From a virus (taxonomy: Duplodnaviria; Caudoviricetes): a stretch of 29,387 nt of DNA. Of this stretch, positions 7,397 through 15,588 are shown one piece after another. The stretch lies in IMG/VR virus record IMGVR_UViG_3300023197_000076, positions 1 to 29,387 of that record; one strand, 5' to 3'. A model generated the notes under the pieces. It was not told the DNA's origin. It saw only the letters and a program-made list of their open reading frames with translations, and did no database searches. How positions within the stretch are numbered: the stretch's first letter is position 1; each line of letters opens with the position of its first letter. The translations under genes were made by a program, and so were the position numbers.

Positions 7397-8602
7397 TTAA
7401 AAGCCTTCGGTCATGAGGACCTCGACGAAGTCCTCGTGCACGACGTCGAGGAGGCGCTGGGCGGCCTTGCGGATGGCGCGGCAGCGCAGCTCGTCGGTGT
7501 CGGGGTGGTCGCCGGGGTCGAGCTGGTCGACGATGCGGATGGCCTGCTCGATGTGCTCCTCGCACTCGCGGTAGAGCTTCTTTTTGCTTTCGAGCTTCGA
7601 CTGCTTCGGGCCGAGGCGCAGCTCCAGCTCCTCGGCGCTCTCGATCTGCTGTTGGCGCTCGTCGAGCTCCTCTTCGAGGGCCTCCTTCTCCTCCTTCCGC
7701 TTCTCGGCGAGCTCCTGGTAGGCCTGGCGCTTTTCCTTCTCGTCCTCGGCGACCTTCTGGAGCTTCTCACCTCTACCACTGACGGCGTCATCAAGCTCGG
7801 CGCGGGCCATCTCCATCACGTCATCTCGGGTGTAGGTCTCGCCGTTGGGCCCCGTCCACTTCCCCTCTTCCACGTAGGACTGGAGGTCCTCGTCGTCGAG
7901 CTTTGTGAGGTGAGTAAGCTTTGTCATGGGTATGCCCTGGAGAGACTCGGGCGTCTCTTCAGCGTCTTCTCCCGCGGGGAGCTTTTCAGGGGTCTGCTCG
8001 GCATAGTCCGGCAGAAAATCGCCAAAGCGGCGGCCGATCTTGGCGTATTTTCGGGCCTGACTCATGCCGAACGGCAGATGGTTTTCAACAAATTGCTTTT
8101 TTGTGCCGTAGCCGAGGCCCACGTAGAGCCGCTCGTCGTACACGCGCGAGACCCAGTATGCCGTGACCAGGATGCCTGCCTGAATCTGCTTGATGGCGTG
8201 CTGAGCTTTTGCCCGCAGTTCGGGTGTGAGCTCTACGTATTCACCGGCTTCTTCGTCGAGCACCTCCGTGGGGGCGCTTTGCTCGTCGGAGGCGCCGCCC
8301 CCGAATATCAAGTCATTGGACTCGCCGTTTTCGTCGGGCGTGTCGTGCGTGGCGGCCTCCCAGATGCCTTCCTTTTTCTGGGCGGCCTCGACGGCGTCGG
8401 CGGGGTCGGCGTGGGTGTCGGTGGAGCGGAGGTGTTCTTCGTGCTGGCAGAAAAACACTTCCTCCCCGTATTCCTCCTTGCTGAGGAGGTACCAGCCGTC
8501 GGGGAGGGTGAGGTCAAGGTCGTCGAGGGCGGCGTGGTTGCTGAGGTCGGTCATGAGTCCGGATTCGATTTGGGGGTTGGGGGTTGAGGGTTTTCGGGCC
8601 AT
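7397..8602 (-). CDS. DUF3102-like protein with C-terminal coiled coil
   Basis: LYVGLGYGTKKQFVENHLPFGMSQARKYAKIGRRF...MTKLTHL; long E/K/Q coiled coil; true start may be ATG 8554. Confidence 0.65.
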   Translation of the reverse strand: MARKPSTPNPQIESGLMTDLSNHAALDDLDLTLPDGWYLLSKEEYGEEVFFCQHEEHLRSTDTHADPADAVEAAQKKEGIWEAATHDTPDENGESNDLIFGGGASDEQSAPTEVLDEEAGEYVELTPELRAKAQHAIKQIQAGILVTAYWVSRVYDERLYVGLGYGTKKQFVENHLPFGMSQARKYAKIGRRFGDFLPDYAEQTPEKLPAGEDAEETPESLQGIPMTKLTHLTKLDDEDLQSYVEEGKWTGPNGETYTRDDVMEMARAELDDAVSGRGEKLQKVAEDEKEKRQAYQELAEKRKEEKEALEEELDERQQQIESAEELELRLGPKQSKLESKKKLYRECEEHIEQAIRIVDQLDPGDHPDTDELRCRAIRKAAQRLLDVVHEDFVEVLMTEGF

Positions 8603-8634
8603 TTGTCAGTGTCTCATTTTCTCATTGGGCATTG

Positions 8635-8832
8635 TCAGTGGGCGAGCTGCTTGACGTTGATCGTGAGCGCATTCCAGAGGCTCACGGCGTCCGATCGGGA
8701 CTCGACCCAGGGGGCTTCGAGTCCGCAGATGCGGCACGAGACGCAGTATTTTTCGGTCATCACTGCGAGGTCGTGGCACTTCGAGTCGCAATGGGGGCAG
8801 GGGGCGATGTTGGAGGTGTCGGGCCAGGGCAT
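8635..8832 (-). CDS. Lar-like restriction alleviation zinc-finger protein
   Basis: IAPCPHCDS...VSCRICGLEAP...DAVSLWNA; ATG 8832. Confidence 0.7.
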   Translation of the reverse strand: MPWPDTSNIAPCPHCDSKCHDLAVMTEKYCVSCRICGLEAPWVESRSDAVSLWNALTINVKQLAH

Positions 8833-8837
8833 GGGTG

Positions 8838-8886
8838 GGTGTTGGGGGTGGTGAGGTGTTGGGGTGTTGGGATGTTGGGGTGCTGG
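8838..8886. repeat. GGTGTTGG octamer microsatellite (~6 degenerate copies)
   Basis: Fills the spacer between the 8889 gene and the Lar-like gene. Confidence 0.8.
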
Positions 8887-8888
8887 TG

Positions 8889-9152
8889 TCAGGTACGGGT
8901 GCGAAGCGTGCGGACGTGGCGTTCGACGACGTTTTTGGCTTTTTCCTTGGTATCGAATTGTCCGCGGCCGAACGCGGGCACGTGGGCGGCCCATTTGTCT
9001 CGGAGCTGGAGGTAGAGGATGCTGCCGAGGGTCTTGTCGTGGATCAGGTCGTGGTGTGGGTGGTGTTCGGGGTGCTGGTAGCCGTAGACGTGTCGGCCCT
9101 CCTGGTAGGGGTCTTCGAGCCAGGTCGGCGTGCGGGTGTCGGTGATGGGCAT
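8889..9152 (-). CDS. hypothetical protein (87 aa)
   Basis: Operon-oriented ORF with ATG start. Confidence 0.65.
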   Translation of the reverse strand: MPITDTRTPTWLEDPYQEGRHVYGYQHPEHHPHHDLIHDKTLGSILYLQLRDKWAAHVPAFGRGQFDTKEKAKNVVERHVRTLRTRT

Positions 9153-9169
9153 GGGTCGGTGGCGTTTAG

Positions 9170-9200
9170 GGTTAGAAGGTTGAAGGTTGGAAGGTTGGGG
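9170..9200. repeat. GGTTG(G)AA 7-8-mer repeat
   Basis: ggttagaa ggttgaa ggttggaa ggttgggg; same unit as 4795-4822. Confidence 0.65.
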
Positions 9201-9250
9201 GGCGGTGGTTAGGTTTTGTGGGCATTGGCCGCGAACTAGACCTTAGCCCC

Positions 9251-9700
9251 ATGAATGAGGATGAGATCTTCGATCGGAACCTGGAGGCGATGTATGACAT
9301 CCGCCTCAGCGAGGGGGCCACAATGGAGACCGTGAAGGACCTGGTGATCGAAATTGTGGCCCGTCTTCGTCTGCTTCAGTCGCCTCCGGACTCGACGGTG
9401 ACTCTTCGCCAGTTGATGGAGAAGATTGAGCGTCACCATCAGCAAAGGGCAGAAGAATTCTTTGAGACGGATCTTCCCCGAAATCTGGACTCACCGCAGG
9501 AGGACGATCTGTTGGATATAGCACGGTCAAATGAGGCGAATTCCCTCGCACTGCTGAAGCTCGTCTCAGAGGTTCTGGCCAGGCTAAGGACTGAATCATT
9601 TCCATCTCTCTTTGAAGAGATATTGAGGCACCGAGGGGATCTTTATCAGGCATCGCGTGAACAGGGTGATGATGAGAGTGAGAATGAGGGGTCGTCTTAG
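9251..9700 (+). CDS. moron-like hypothetical helical protein antisense to the early operon
   Basis: 149 aa from ATG 9251; lower GC than neighbours; internal repeat LVIEIVARLR / LVSEVLARLR. Confidence 0.7.
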   Translation: MNEDEIFDRNLEAMYDIRLSEGATMETVKDLVIEIVARLRLLQSPPDSTVTLRQLMEKIERHHQQRAEEFFETDLPRNLDSPQEDDLLDIARSNEANSLALLKLVSEVLARLRTESFPSLFEEILRHRGDLYQASREQGDDESENEGSS

Positions 9701-10053
9701 TCTTCGGGGATGGGGTCGGGGTCGGAGGTGCGGCGGTAGCCGAGGCGTTTCATCTCCTCCTGGGGGATCTGGGAGATGTTGGCGAGGTGGGAGGGGCCGA
9801 TGATGAAGGCGATGTCGTCGATGCCTTTCTCGGCGACGGCTTGTTCGAGGGCGTCGGCCATTTTCTGCCGCTTCTCTTTGGCGTGGGGGGCGGAGGGGCC
9901 TTTCACGACGAAGACGTCGCCGGGCTGGGGCTCGAAGTACTGGATGACATACTTGCCCCAGCGGAGGGCGGCCTTGTCCTGGCTGTCGGGCTCGGGGACG
10001 TCGTCATTGGGCATTTCATCATTGGGCATTTCGTCATTTTGGGATTTGGGCAT
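9697..10053 (-). CDS. hypothetical protein (118 aa)
   Basis: N-terminus built from 15-nt repeats (NDEMP x2); host-like codons. Confidence 0.7.
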   Translation of the reverse strand: MPKSQNDEMPNDEMPNDDVPEPDSQDKAALRWGKYVIQYFEPQPGDVFVVKGPSAPHAKEKRQKMADALEQAVAEKGIDDIAFIIGPSHLANISQIPQEEMKRLGYRRTSDPDPIPED

Positions 10054-10077
10054 TGGGGTGGCGGGCGTTCGGCGTGG

Positions 10078-10404
10078 TCAGTGCCAGTTGGTTGGGTCGG
10101 CGCTTTTTTCTTTGCGCTCTTTCTCGACCTGGGTGGTGCGCCACTGGTGGACGGCCTGGGGCGTGCGGCCCACGATCTCGGCGATCTGGGCGTCGCTGTA
10201 GTCGAGGTCGCGCAGGATGCCCCAGACCCAGTCGCGCTCCCATTCGGTGCCCCAAAACGCGTCCACTTTGTGCTCGACGTCGCACTGCGATCGGATGCGG
10301 CGCACGTGGCGCTTGGAGCAGTCCAGGCGCTCGGCGACGATCTTCACCGGGGCGCCCCAGATGAGCATTTTGCGGACCCGCTCGCGATCGACGGCCATGG
10401 TCAC
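10078..10404 (-). CDS. double-HTH protein
   Basis: GAPVKIVAERLDCSKRHVRRI and YSDAQIAEIVGRTPQAVHQW. Confidence 0.75.
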   Translation of the reverse strand: MTMAVDRERVRKMLIWGAPVKIVAERLDCSKRHVRRIRSQCDVEHKVDAFWGTEWERDWVWGILRDLDYSDAQIAEIVGRTPQAVHQWRTTQVEKERKEKSADPTNWH

Positions 10405-10418
10405 TCGGGGTATTGGGG

Positions 10419-10835
10419 TTAGAGGCGGTCGCGCTCGGCCTTGAGGCGCTCGACGATCGACTCCAGCTGACCGATCTTTTCGGAGAGGTCGTCCCGATCG
10501 CCGTCGCGGTACTCCTCGATGATCTTGCCTTCGACCACCTGCATGTCGGTAATCTCGTCGTCGATCTTGCCGTCGGCCCGGGCCGCGCCGCGGGGACTGA
10601 TCTCGTACTCGCTGGTAATGAAGGTGCGGGCCAGGCGCGGGTCGGCGTACTGGCGGAGCATGTACCGAGTGAGTGCCCGGGCAGCCGGGAGCGACAGGTT
10701 GGCGCCGGTCGGGTTTTTGGCCTTGTAGATCATGTCGCGAGAAACGCCGGCCTCCTCGGCCAGCTCGCGGGCGGTGACCTTCGCGTCGGGTTCGGAGAGA
10801 ATCTGATTCAAGGCCTCATTGAAGATCCGAGTCAT
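10419..10835 (-). CDS. HTH regulator (phage CII/XRE-like)
   Basis: VTARELAEEAGVSRDMIYKAKNP...LSL; helical C-terminus; ATG 10835. Confidence 0.7.
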   Translation of the reverse strand: MTRIFNEALNQILSEPDAKVTARELAEEAGVSRDMIYKAKNPTGANLSLPAARALTRYMLRQYADPRLARTFITSEYEISPRGAARADGKIDDEITDMQVVEGKIIEEYRDGDRDDLSEKIGQLESIVERLKAERDRL

Positions 10836-10962
10836 CGTTGGATTGCGGGTTGATGGGGCTGACGGTAGTTTCGTCAGCGGTTGATGAGTGCTTGGTTGAG
10901 GGCCCGCGTCGGCGCTGGTGGCGTCGGCGCGGGCGTGTGTTCTTTGACGTTCAGACAGGCAG

Positions 10963-11193
10963 CTAGGCTCGGACCTGTGGGCGGTCCAGTTCTTCGCTGA
11001 GCTTGGCGAGCTGCTTCTCAATGAAGGCGTCGATCTTCGCCTCAAGAGGGGCGCTCGTGTCCGCGCCCGAAAGTACCCCCCAAAGAACGGTTGTGCTCAC
11101 TCCGTTGTCGCGGGCAAACTTTGTAGCACTGTAGTCTTGCCCTCCATCTCGTTTGATGGCGATTGCGATGCGAAAAAGGGTTCGCTTTTCCAT
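10963..11193 (-). CDS. Cro/Ner-like repressor
   Basis: 76 aa, SATKFARDNGVSTTVLWGVLSG; first gene divergent from the repressor. Confidence 0.75.
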   Translation of the reverse strand: MEKRTLFRIAIAIKRDGGQDYSATKFARDNGVSTTVLWGVLSGADTSAPLEAKIDAFIEKQLAKLSEELDRPQVRA

Positions 11194-11292
11194 AGCTGGC
11201 TTATATGTTGTGTCTGCCGTGCGACCGGCTTGCATTCGAAAGGTGACCACACACTACACATTCTGGTTGTTAATGTCAACCGCAGACACAAC
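11194..11292. promoter_or_regulatory. divergent immunity control region with candidate operators
   Basis: Perfect 11-bp inverted pair GTTGTGTCTGC (11207-11217) / GCAGACACAAC (11282-11292); GGTTG-N7-CAACC (11265-11281) over the repressor start. Confidence 0.65.
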
Positions 11293-11947
11293 CGAAACGG
11301 ATTTAGCAGAACGACTCCGACAACTGAGATTGTCGAAGGAATCTACTCAGTCCTCAATGGCTGAGCAGATAGAAAAGTCCCAGCAAGCTTGGGGACGGTA
11401 CGAAAAGGGTCAATCGACCCCTTCGGTCGATGTACTACAGAAAATTGTGGATCAGTTCGAGGTCAATCCATCCTGGTTGTTGATCGGGGAAGGTGATATG
11501 AGACTTGGGGAATACCGCACTGAAGTCGACTCCGAGTCAGAGATGGGAGAGCGGATCAGAATACCCATCTATGAGGACGCAGCAGGAGCAGGGACTGGTG
11601 AGGTGCCCCGTGACGACATTGTCGCGTACGGTCGGTTTTTCAAGAGCTGGTTGCGCAGTGAGACGGGCATACAGCCCGACCGCGCGTTCATCGCCCCGGT
11701 GCGCGGGCGCTCGATGGAGACTTTGCTACAGGACGGCGACCTGGTCCTCTGCGAACGTGCCGAAGAGATTCAGTACGAAGACATCTACGTCTGCCGACTG
11801 AATGGGGAGCTGAAGGTGAAGCACGCACACCGCGCCAATGGAACGATCGTCCTAAAAAGTGAGAATGACCGCTACCCGTCCATCGAAGTCGGGCAAGGCG
11901 ACGAGTTTGATGTGATCGGGCGGGTGGTTCGACGCGTCGTCCGTTAG
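11273..11947 (+). CDS. CI-like repressor (XRE HTH + S24 autopeptidase)
   Basis: LAERLRQLR...RYEKGQSTPS...VNPSWLLIGEG; AAGAG cleavage region; VRGRSME (Ser) and LKVKH (Lys). Confidence 0.92.
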   Translation: MSTADTTETDLAERLRQLRLSKESTQSSMAEQIEKSQQAWGRYEKGQSTPSVDVLQKIVDQFEVNPSWLLIGEGDMRLGEYRTEVDSESEMGERIRIPIYEDAAGAGTGEVPRDDIVAYGRFFKSWLRSETGIQPDRAFIAPVRGRSMETLLQDGDLVLCERAEEIQYEDIYVCRLNGELKVKHAHRANGTIVLKSENDRYPSIEVGQGDEFDVIGRVVRRVVR

Positions 11948-11987
11948 CGTTACAATAGATTCACATCACCGACAACAACACTTGATA

Positions 11988-12428
11988 ATGAGAAGACGAG
12001 ATGAAGTTGTTACCTCGACCTGTTTGCTGGCTGTGTTCATTTTCGTTTCGGGTTGCGCCTCAACCCAAAGCATTCCCGCATCGGAGAGATCTAGGACTTA
12101 CACTCCTGCTAAGGACACGGTGATTACAGCTGTGGTAGAGACTTTCACCAACCAGGGCTACACGATTGAGACGATTGACAGAGCGACCGGTATCGTGTCG
12201 ACCGGAAGGAAGTCAAATCCAAGCCTGGAGGCTGCTCTGGTCGGTGATTTGAGCCGGAAGGTTCAGGCTCGCGTTACCTCCTCTGAAGATGGGGGGTCTA
12301 AGGTTGTGCTGACGCTTGTTTACCAGCGTGAAAATGCTTTTGGAAACCGACAGGCTCAGAGTGTTGGAAAAAGCGCCGCCATGGACATGTATGACGAATT
12401 GTTTTCTCTGATTGAGAGCCGGTTATAA
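11988..12428 (+). CDS. lipoprotein (BamC/DUF3568-like fold candidate)
   Basis: Signal peptide with lipobox VSGC; QGYTIETIDRATGIVST motif. Confidence 0.8.
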   Translation: MRRRDEVVTSTCLLAVFIFVSGCASTQSIPASERSRTYTPAKDTVITAVVETFTNQGYTIETIDRATGIVSTGRKSNPSLEAALVGDLSRKVQARVTSSEDGGSKVVLTLVYQRENAFGNRQAQSVGKSAAMDMYDELFSLIESRL

Positions 12429-12482
12429 TTTCAGAGTGAGTGAATAGAACGACCGTGATAGAAAGTCAAAATTCTTTCGACC

Positions 12483-12956
12483 ATGGAACGCAAAAATAAT
12501 GGCTCAAAATGCTGGCTTCTCGTGTTAATCTGGGTCTTTGCCGTGAGTCTGGGCTGTGCAGGGCCGGAGAAGACCGCTGGCGTGCAGGACAAAGATGCTC
12601 CAATCGGCGCAACGAGCATCGTTGTAGCGACGGATCTCGGCCCGGATGAGGCCTATCGACATGCCGGACGTGTACTCCAATCTCAGGGTTACGGCATGCA
12701 GGAATCTGATTCGAAGCTGCGATCGATCACCACTGCCCCGAAGAGTGGTAGCGATGTTCTCGGGCCGATCCGCGAGATGAGCGTTTCGGTGATGGTCCGT
12801 ACCGGCCCAACCCGATATGTCCTTACTGCGAGGAGCTCCGGTCAGCAAGTGAAGAAGTTCGGTCAGTCCGGAAGCCCGATGCGTAAAACATGGGCAGAGC
12901 TGCATCGATTGGCGAATGAGATGGGTCAGGTGACCGAGTACTCCACCTCAGATTGA
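12483..12956 (+). CDS. lipoprotein, distant paralog of the upstream gene
   Basis: Lipobox SLGC; QGYGMQESDSKLRSITT motif. Confidence 0.8.
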   Translation: MERKNNGSKCWLLVLIWVFAVSLGCAGPEKTAGVQDKDAPIGATSIVVATDLGPDEAYRHAGRVLQSQGYGMQESDSKLRSITTAPKSGSDVLGPIREMSVSVMVRTGPTRYVLTARSSGQQVKKFGQSGSPMRKTWAELHRLANEMGQVTEYSTSD

Positions 12957-12971
12957 GTCCTCACGGTTGCG

Positions 12972-13036
12972 CAGATTATAACCGATCGGGTTATATAACC
13001 ATTTCCGTTTATATAACCACTTCCGGTTATAGACCC
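12972..13036. repeat. array of GGTTATATAACC-like palindromes (17-18 bp period)
   Basis: Perfect copy 12989-13000; variants at 13007-13018, 13025-13036 and a partial copy ending 12983. Confidence 0.75.
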
Positions 13037-13623
13037 CGATTTATGTCTTTCTCCATCGAGTCGAGCACGTCGTCGGCTTCCGACTCGGTGAGGCCGACGA
13101 AGACGCGTTTTATTTCATTTTTGCCCGCCCCTTCGACGTTGTGGTAGCGGGCGATCTGGATGGCCTCCTGCGGGCTCACGCCTTCGATGTACCCCACCAG
13201 CATTTCGAGCTCGCCGTCGCTCTCGCGCCCGGCCTGCGAGCGCATCCCGCTCAGCATTTGGCCTGTGACAGAGAGGTCGACCGTGTCGGTGGGCAGCCCC
13301 TTGGCGCGTCGGACGGCCTCGTACCCCCCTTCCACCACGAGCCAGAGGTCGTCGTCGGAGGTGGTGAAGTATGAGACCTCGTCGTCGGGGAGGCTCTCGC
13401 GCACCTGGTCGGTGAGGCTGCCGGCGGGCTGGGCGTATGGCTTGGTGGAGTAGCTGTCCGCCTCGGGGCTGGAGCCGTCGAGAAACTCCCCGTCCTGGGT
13501 GCGCTGCTTCATGATCAGCTCCGCCTGCGCCATGATCTTGCTCGTCTTGAGCCCGGCGATGGCGCTTTGGAGGGCCTCGGAAAACCCTTCCGGCAAGTCG
13601 TCGTCCACGCGGATCTGGATCAT
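13027..13623 (-). CDS. virion morphogenesis / tail completion protein (Mu gpG-like)
   Basis: VDLSVTGQML...ARYHN...RVFVGLT pattern; last gene of the packaging operon. Confidence 0.65.
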   Translation of the reverse strand: MIQIRVDDDLPEGFSEALQSAIAGLKTSKIMAQAELIMKQRTQDGEFLDGSSPEADSYSTKPYAQPAGSLTDQVRESLPDDEVSYFTTSDDDLWLVVEGGYEAVRRAKGLPTDTVDLSVTGQMLSGMRSQAGRESDGELEMLVGYIEGVSPQEAIQIARYHNVEGAGKNEIKRVFVGLTESEADDVLDSMEKDINRGL

Positions 13624-13625
13624 TG

Positions 13626-13688
13626 GGTGTTGGTGGGTGGGGTGTTGGGGTGTTGGGGTGTTGAGGTGTTGAGGTGTTGGGGTGTTGA
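13626..13688. repeat. GGTGTTGR octamer microsatellite (6 perfect tandem copies + 1)
   Basis: 13641-13688 = (GGTGTTGR)6; extra copy 13626-13633. Confidence 0.9.
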
Positions 13689-13707
13689 GGTGGTAGGTGG
13701 TGGGTGG

Positions 13708-14256
13708 TTAGGCGACTCGCTGCTTAATCCATCCGAAGAGGAACCGTTCGTCCTTCGGGCGGGCCTCTGCGAGCGTGATGTAGTGGTGCGTTTGTAGGCC
13801 ATTGATGGTGGCAGCGAGGACCTCGTCACCCTCGTCGGGACGCGTCGCGAGGTATGAAACCAAGGCGCCCCAAGTCTTATCTCCCGGCCATCCATCCACC
13901 TTGATGTCGTCGTAGTCCTTCTCATTTCGGTTCAGGGCATTGAGGCTCCGCTGCAGCCACCGCCACACCCGGCGACGCCCTATGTTAATGGCGGCGTCTA
14001 GTAGCTCGTGGGTCGTTGCCGGGGCACGATTATGCAGGTCGTCAAGCATCATCCACACCCAGAAGTGCTCGTGGTAGATTTCGACGGCCTTCGATCGGGG
14101 CAGCTGCTCCATCCGGCCGGTCCACCCGTACTCGCGAGCGAGCGCTTCGGTGATCCCGTATCTGGTGGCCCCGCCGCTGTCGGCCGAGTCGTCGACGAAA
14201 CCGCCTTCGATTTCGAGGATGTCGGAAAGGTGGTTTTTGAAAGACTCAGGATACAT
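13708..14256 (-). CDS. endolysin, glycoside hydrolase family 108 with C-terminal PG-binding domain
   Basis: EGGFVDDSADSGGATRYGIT catalytic motif; KVDGWPGDKT; RFLFGWIKQRV. Confidence 0.9.
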   Translation of the reverse strand: MYPESFKNHLSDILEIEGGFVDDSADSGGATRYGITEALAREYGWTGRMEQLPRSKAVEIYHEHFWVWMMLDDLHNRAPATTHELLDAAINIGRRRVWRWLQRSLNALNRNEKDYDDIKVDGWPGDKTWGALVSYLATRPDEGDEVLAATINGLQTHHYITLAEARPKDERFLFGWIKQRVA

Positions 14257-14277
14257 CTCTCTTTGCTGGTCTGGTGA

Positions 14278-15516
14278 TTAAGCGCCGGCGAGGGGGTCGA
14301 AGCCGGAGCCGCCGGTGAGGGCGTCGTCTTCGTCCTCGGGAGGGGAGCGGTCGTAGGTTTCGTAGAGCTCTTCTCGGGAGAGGGGCAGGCCCATGCGGCT
14401 CAGCTCGCGGTCGACCTTGACCTGCTGGAGGCGGTCCTGGACCGTGTCCACATCGATGTCGGCCTGCACAAGCGTGCGCCCCCAGTTCATTTCGGTGAAG
14501 GGGACGATGACCTCCTCGTTCAGCGGGCTCACGACGCGGCTTTTGATGCCGCCGGCGACGTCGACCCGGATGCCGTCGGTGGTGCGGGCTGCGGCGAAGG
14601 AGCCGCCCCCGCCGACCTCCACGTCGGTGAGGCTCTCGCTCTTGATGGTGACGCTGATGGCCTTATTGGCCGCGGTGCGGAGCTCCTCGTAGGTGCGAGA
14701 GTTGCCGCTTCCCTCGGGCCACTCCAGCTCAATTTTGCCCTGGTCGGTCTTGATGGCCCGCAGGTCGTTGCCGAGGTTGTTGACGGCCTGCTTGAGGAGG
14801 GCCTTGTCGTCCTCGTTCCAGCCCTGCAGGAGGGTGCCGATGACGGAGGGCGTGGCCCAGGCCTCGTTGTAGGAGGCCCAGTCCTCGACGTTGTACCAGC
14901 TGAAGACGCAGAAGCGCGCGGCGGCCATACCGGTGCCGAGGCCGGTAAAGTCGACCTCCTCGTACTTGCTGATCTCTTCGTCCTGGTAGACGATGAGAGT
15001 GCCGCGCTCGTACTCGGAGAGGGGGCGGCGCCCCACGTAGAGCGTGCTCCGGCCGTCGGAGTGGTTCTCGTCGCGGGCGTGAATCCACTCCTGCGGGATG
15101 CGGTGCGCGTCGATGGGGGCCTGGTAGGTGGAGCCGTCGATCGATCGGTCGCCCCATTCTAGGTGGTGGGCCCGCAGGCCGTACCAGTGGCCCCAGATGA
15201 GGTCCTCGATCACGTGGTCGATGCCCATCATGGTGAGCACCTGTCGAACCACGTCCCGCTGCGTCCGCGCCTCCTCGCTGTCTTCGAGCAGGTTCAGCTG
15301 CACGTCCTGTTTTACGATGGGGGCGCGCACGCTCTGCATGGCCGCCCGCACGTGGGGGTCCTGCCGCTTGTAGTGGCGCAGGATCGACCACAGGCGGCCG
15401 GGGTTGCCGTTGCGGGCCTGGCGGCGGGCCCGGTAGATCTGTGCCGGGCGGACGACGTCGAACGCCTTGCTGTAGGCCCGGTAGCGGCTGGAGGGTCGCT
15501 CTACGCTTTCTGGCAT
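14278..15516 (-). CDS. portal protein (Mu gp29 / DUF935-like)
   Basis: 412 aa after TerL; DPHVRAAMQSVR, DWASYNEAWATP, ANKAIS motifs. Confidence 0.85.
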   Translation of the reverse strand: MPESVERPSSRYRAYSKAFDVVRPAQIYRARRQARNGNPGRLWSILRHYKRQDPHVRAAMQSVRAPIVKQDVQLNLLEDSEEARTQRDVVRQVLTMMGIDHVIEDLIWGHWYGLRAHHLEWGDRSIDGSTYQAPIDAHRIPQEWIHARDENHSDGRSTLYVGRRPLSEYERGTLIVYQDEEISKYEEVDFTGLGTGMAAARFCVFSWYNVEDWASYNEAWATPSVIGTLLQGWNEDDKALLKQAVNNLGNDLRAIKTDQGKIELEWPEGSGNSRTYEELRTAANKAISVTIKSESLTDVEVGGGGSFAAARTTDGIRVDVAGGIKSRVVSPLNEEVIVPFTEMNWGRTLVQADIDVDTVQDRLQQVKVDRELSRMGLPLSREELYETYDRSPPEDEDDALTGGSGFDPLAGA

Positions 15517-15521
15517 CGGTT

Positions 15522-15570
15522 CGTGTTGAGGTGTTGGAGTGTTGGGGTGGTGGGCGGGGTGGGGTGTTGA
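15522..15570. repeat. GGTGTTGR degenerate microsatellite
   Basis: cgtgttga ggtgttgg agtgttgg ggtggtgg ... ggtgttga in the terL/portal spacer. Confidence 0.75.
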
Positions 15571-15588
15571 GGGGGTGGGGGGTTGGCG

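Noticed and set aside
6582-7565. N-terminal extension of the 910-aa transposase ORF in the track
   Set aside because: Pro/Arg-rich off-frame read-through overlapping three better genes; the transposase starts at 6581 or 6515
11988-12956. Lipoproteins as o-spanins
   Set aside because: They lie in the repressor-oriented block, are globular ~150-aa proteins and have no i-spanin partner
13626-13688. Repeat tracts as a CRISPR array
   Set aside because: 8-nt tandem units without unique spacers; no cas genes
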